Notes under the pieces: model-generated | What the model saw: only the letters and a program-made list of their open reading frames with translations | The model's database searches: none | What the model was told of the DNA's origin: nothing | Translations under genes and position numbers: made by a program | Shown here: positions 63,896 to 64,000 of the stretch, piece by piece | Numbering within the stretch: the first letter of the stretch is position 1 | Layout of the letters: each line of letters starts with the position of its first letter | Source: Octopus sinensis | Lineage: Eukaryota | Assembly (NCBI RefSeq): GCF_006345805.1 | Contig: NC_043007.1 | Coordinates: 22,258,001 to 22,322,000 of the forward strand | Direction of reading: 5' to 3' | Length of the DNA stretch: 64,000 nucleotides

Positions 63896-64000
63896 TATAT
63901 ACATATGTGTGTGACTTTGTAGATCATTCTGTTACTAAGTGAAGAAATACCATTAGTAGGCTTGGTAGGGTCTCCATTTATCAGCATTTTATTATTGTTG

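Overview
AT-rich, repeat-saturated animal genomic DNA. The SINE families and dense (TA)n/(ATT)n/(CAT)n tracts most resemble octopus (coleoid cephalopod); this is an inference from repeat types. One protein-coding gene is supported: a plus-strand L-asparaginase/60 kDa lysophospholipase with C-terminal ankyrin repeats (ASPG). I traced 13 coding exons from 22185 to 59179, all GT-AG and phase-consistent, encoding 557 aa. The exon with the N-terminal catalytic TGGTIGM-type motif was not found and probably lies upstream of the window. The rest is mobile DNA: three abundant SINE families, RTE, CR1-group and Dong/R4 LINE relics, Tc1/mariner, Chapaev-type, Helitron-type and piggyBac-type elements, and a large load of Penelope-like fragments and foldbacks. 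The most interesting layer is a set of minimal type-I hammerhead-ribozyme-like motifs in short (TA)n-flanked units. One has a canonical core, several have non-canonical CCGACGA or CTGTCGA cores, and one pair forms a 260-nt tandem dimer, suggesting retrozyme-like elements. Other notable items: a TTAA MITE that seems to carry a captured coding fragment, a SINE target-site duplication that copied an ASPG splice donor, and inverted CR1 tails bracketing an ASPG exon. Most ORFs in the supplied track are microsatellite or repeat artefacts.
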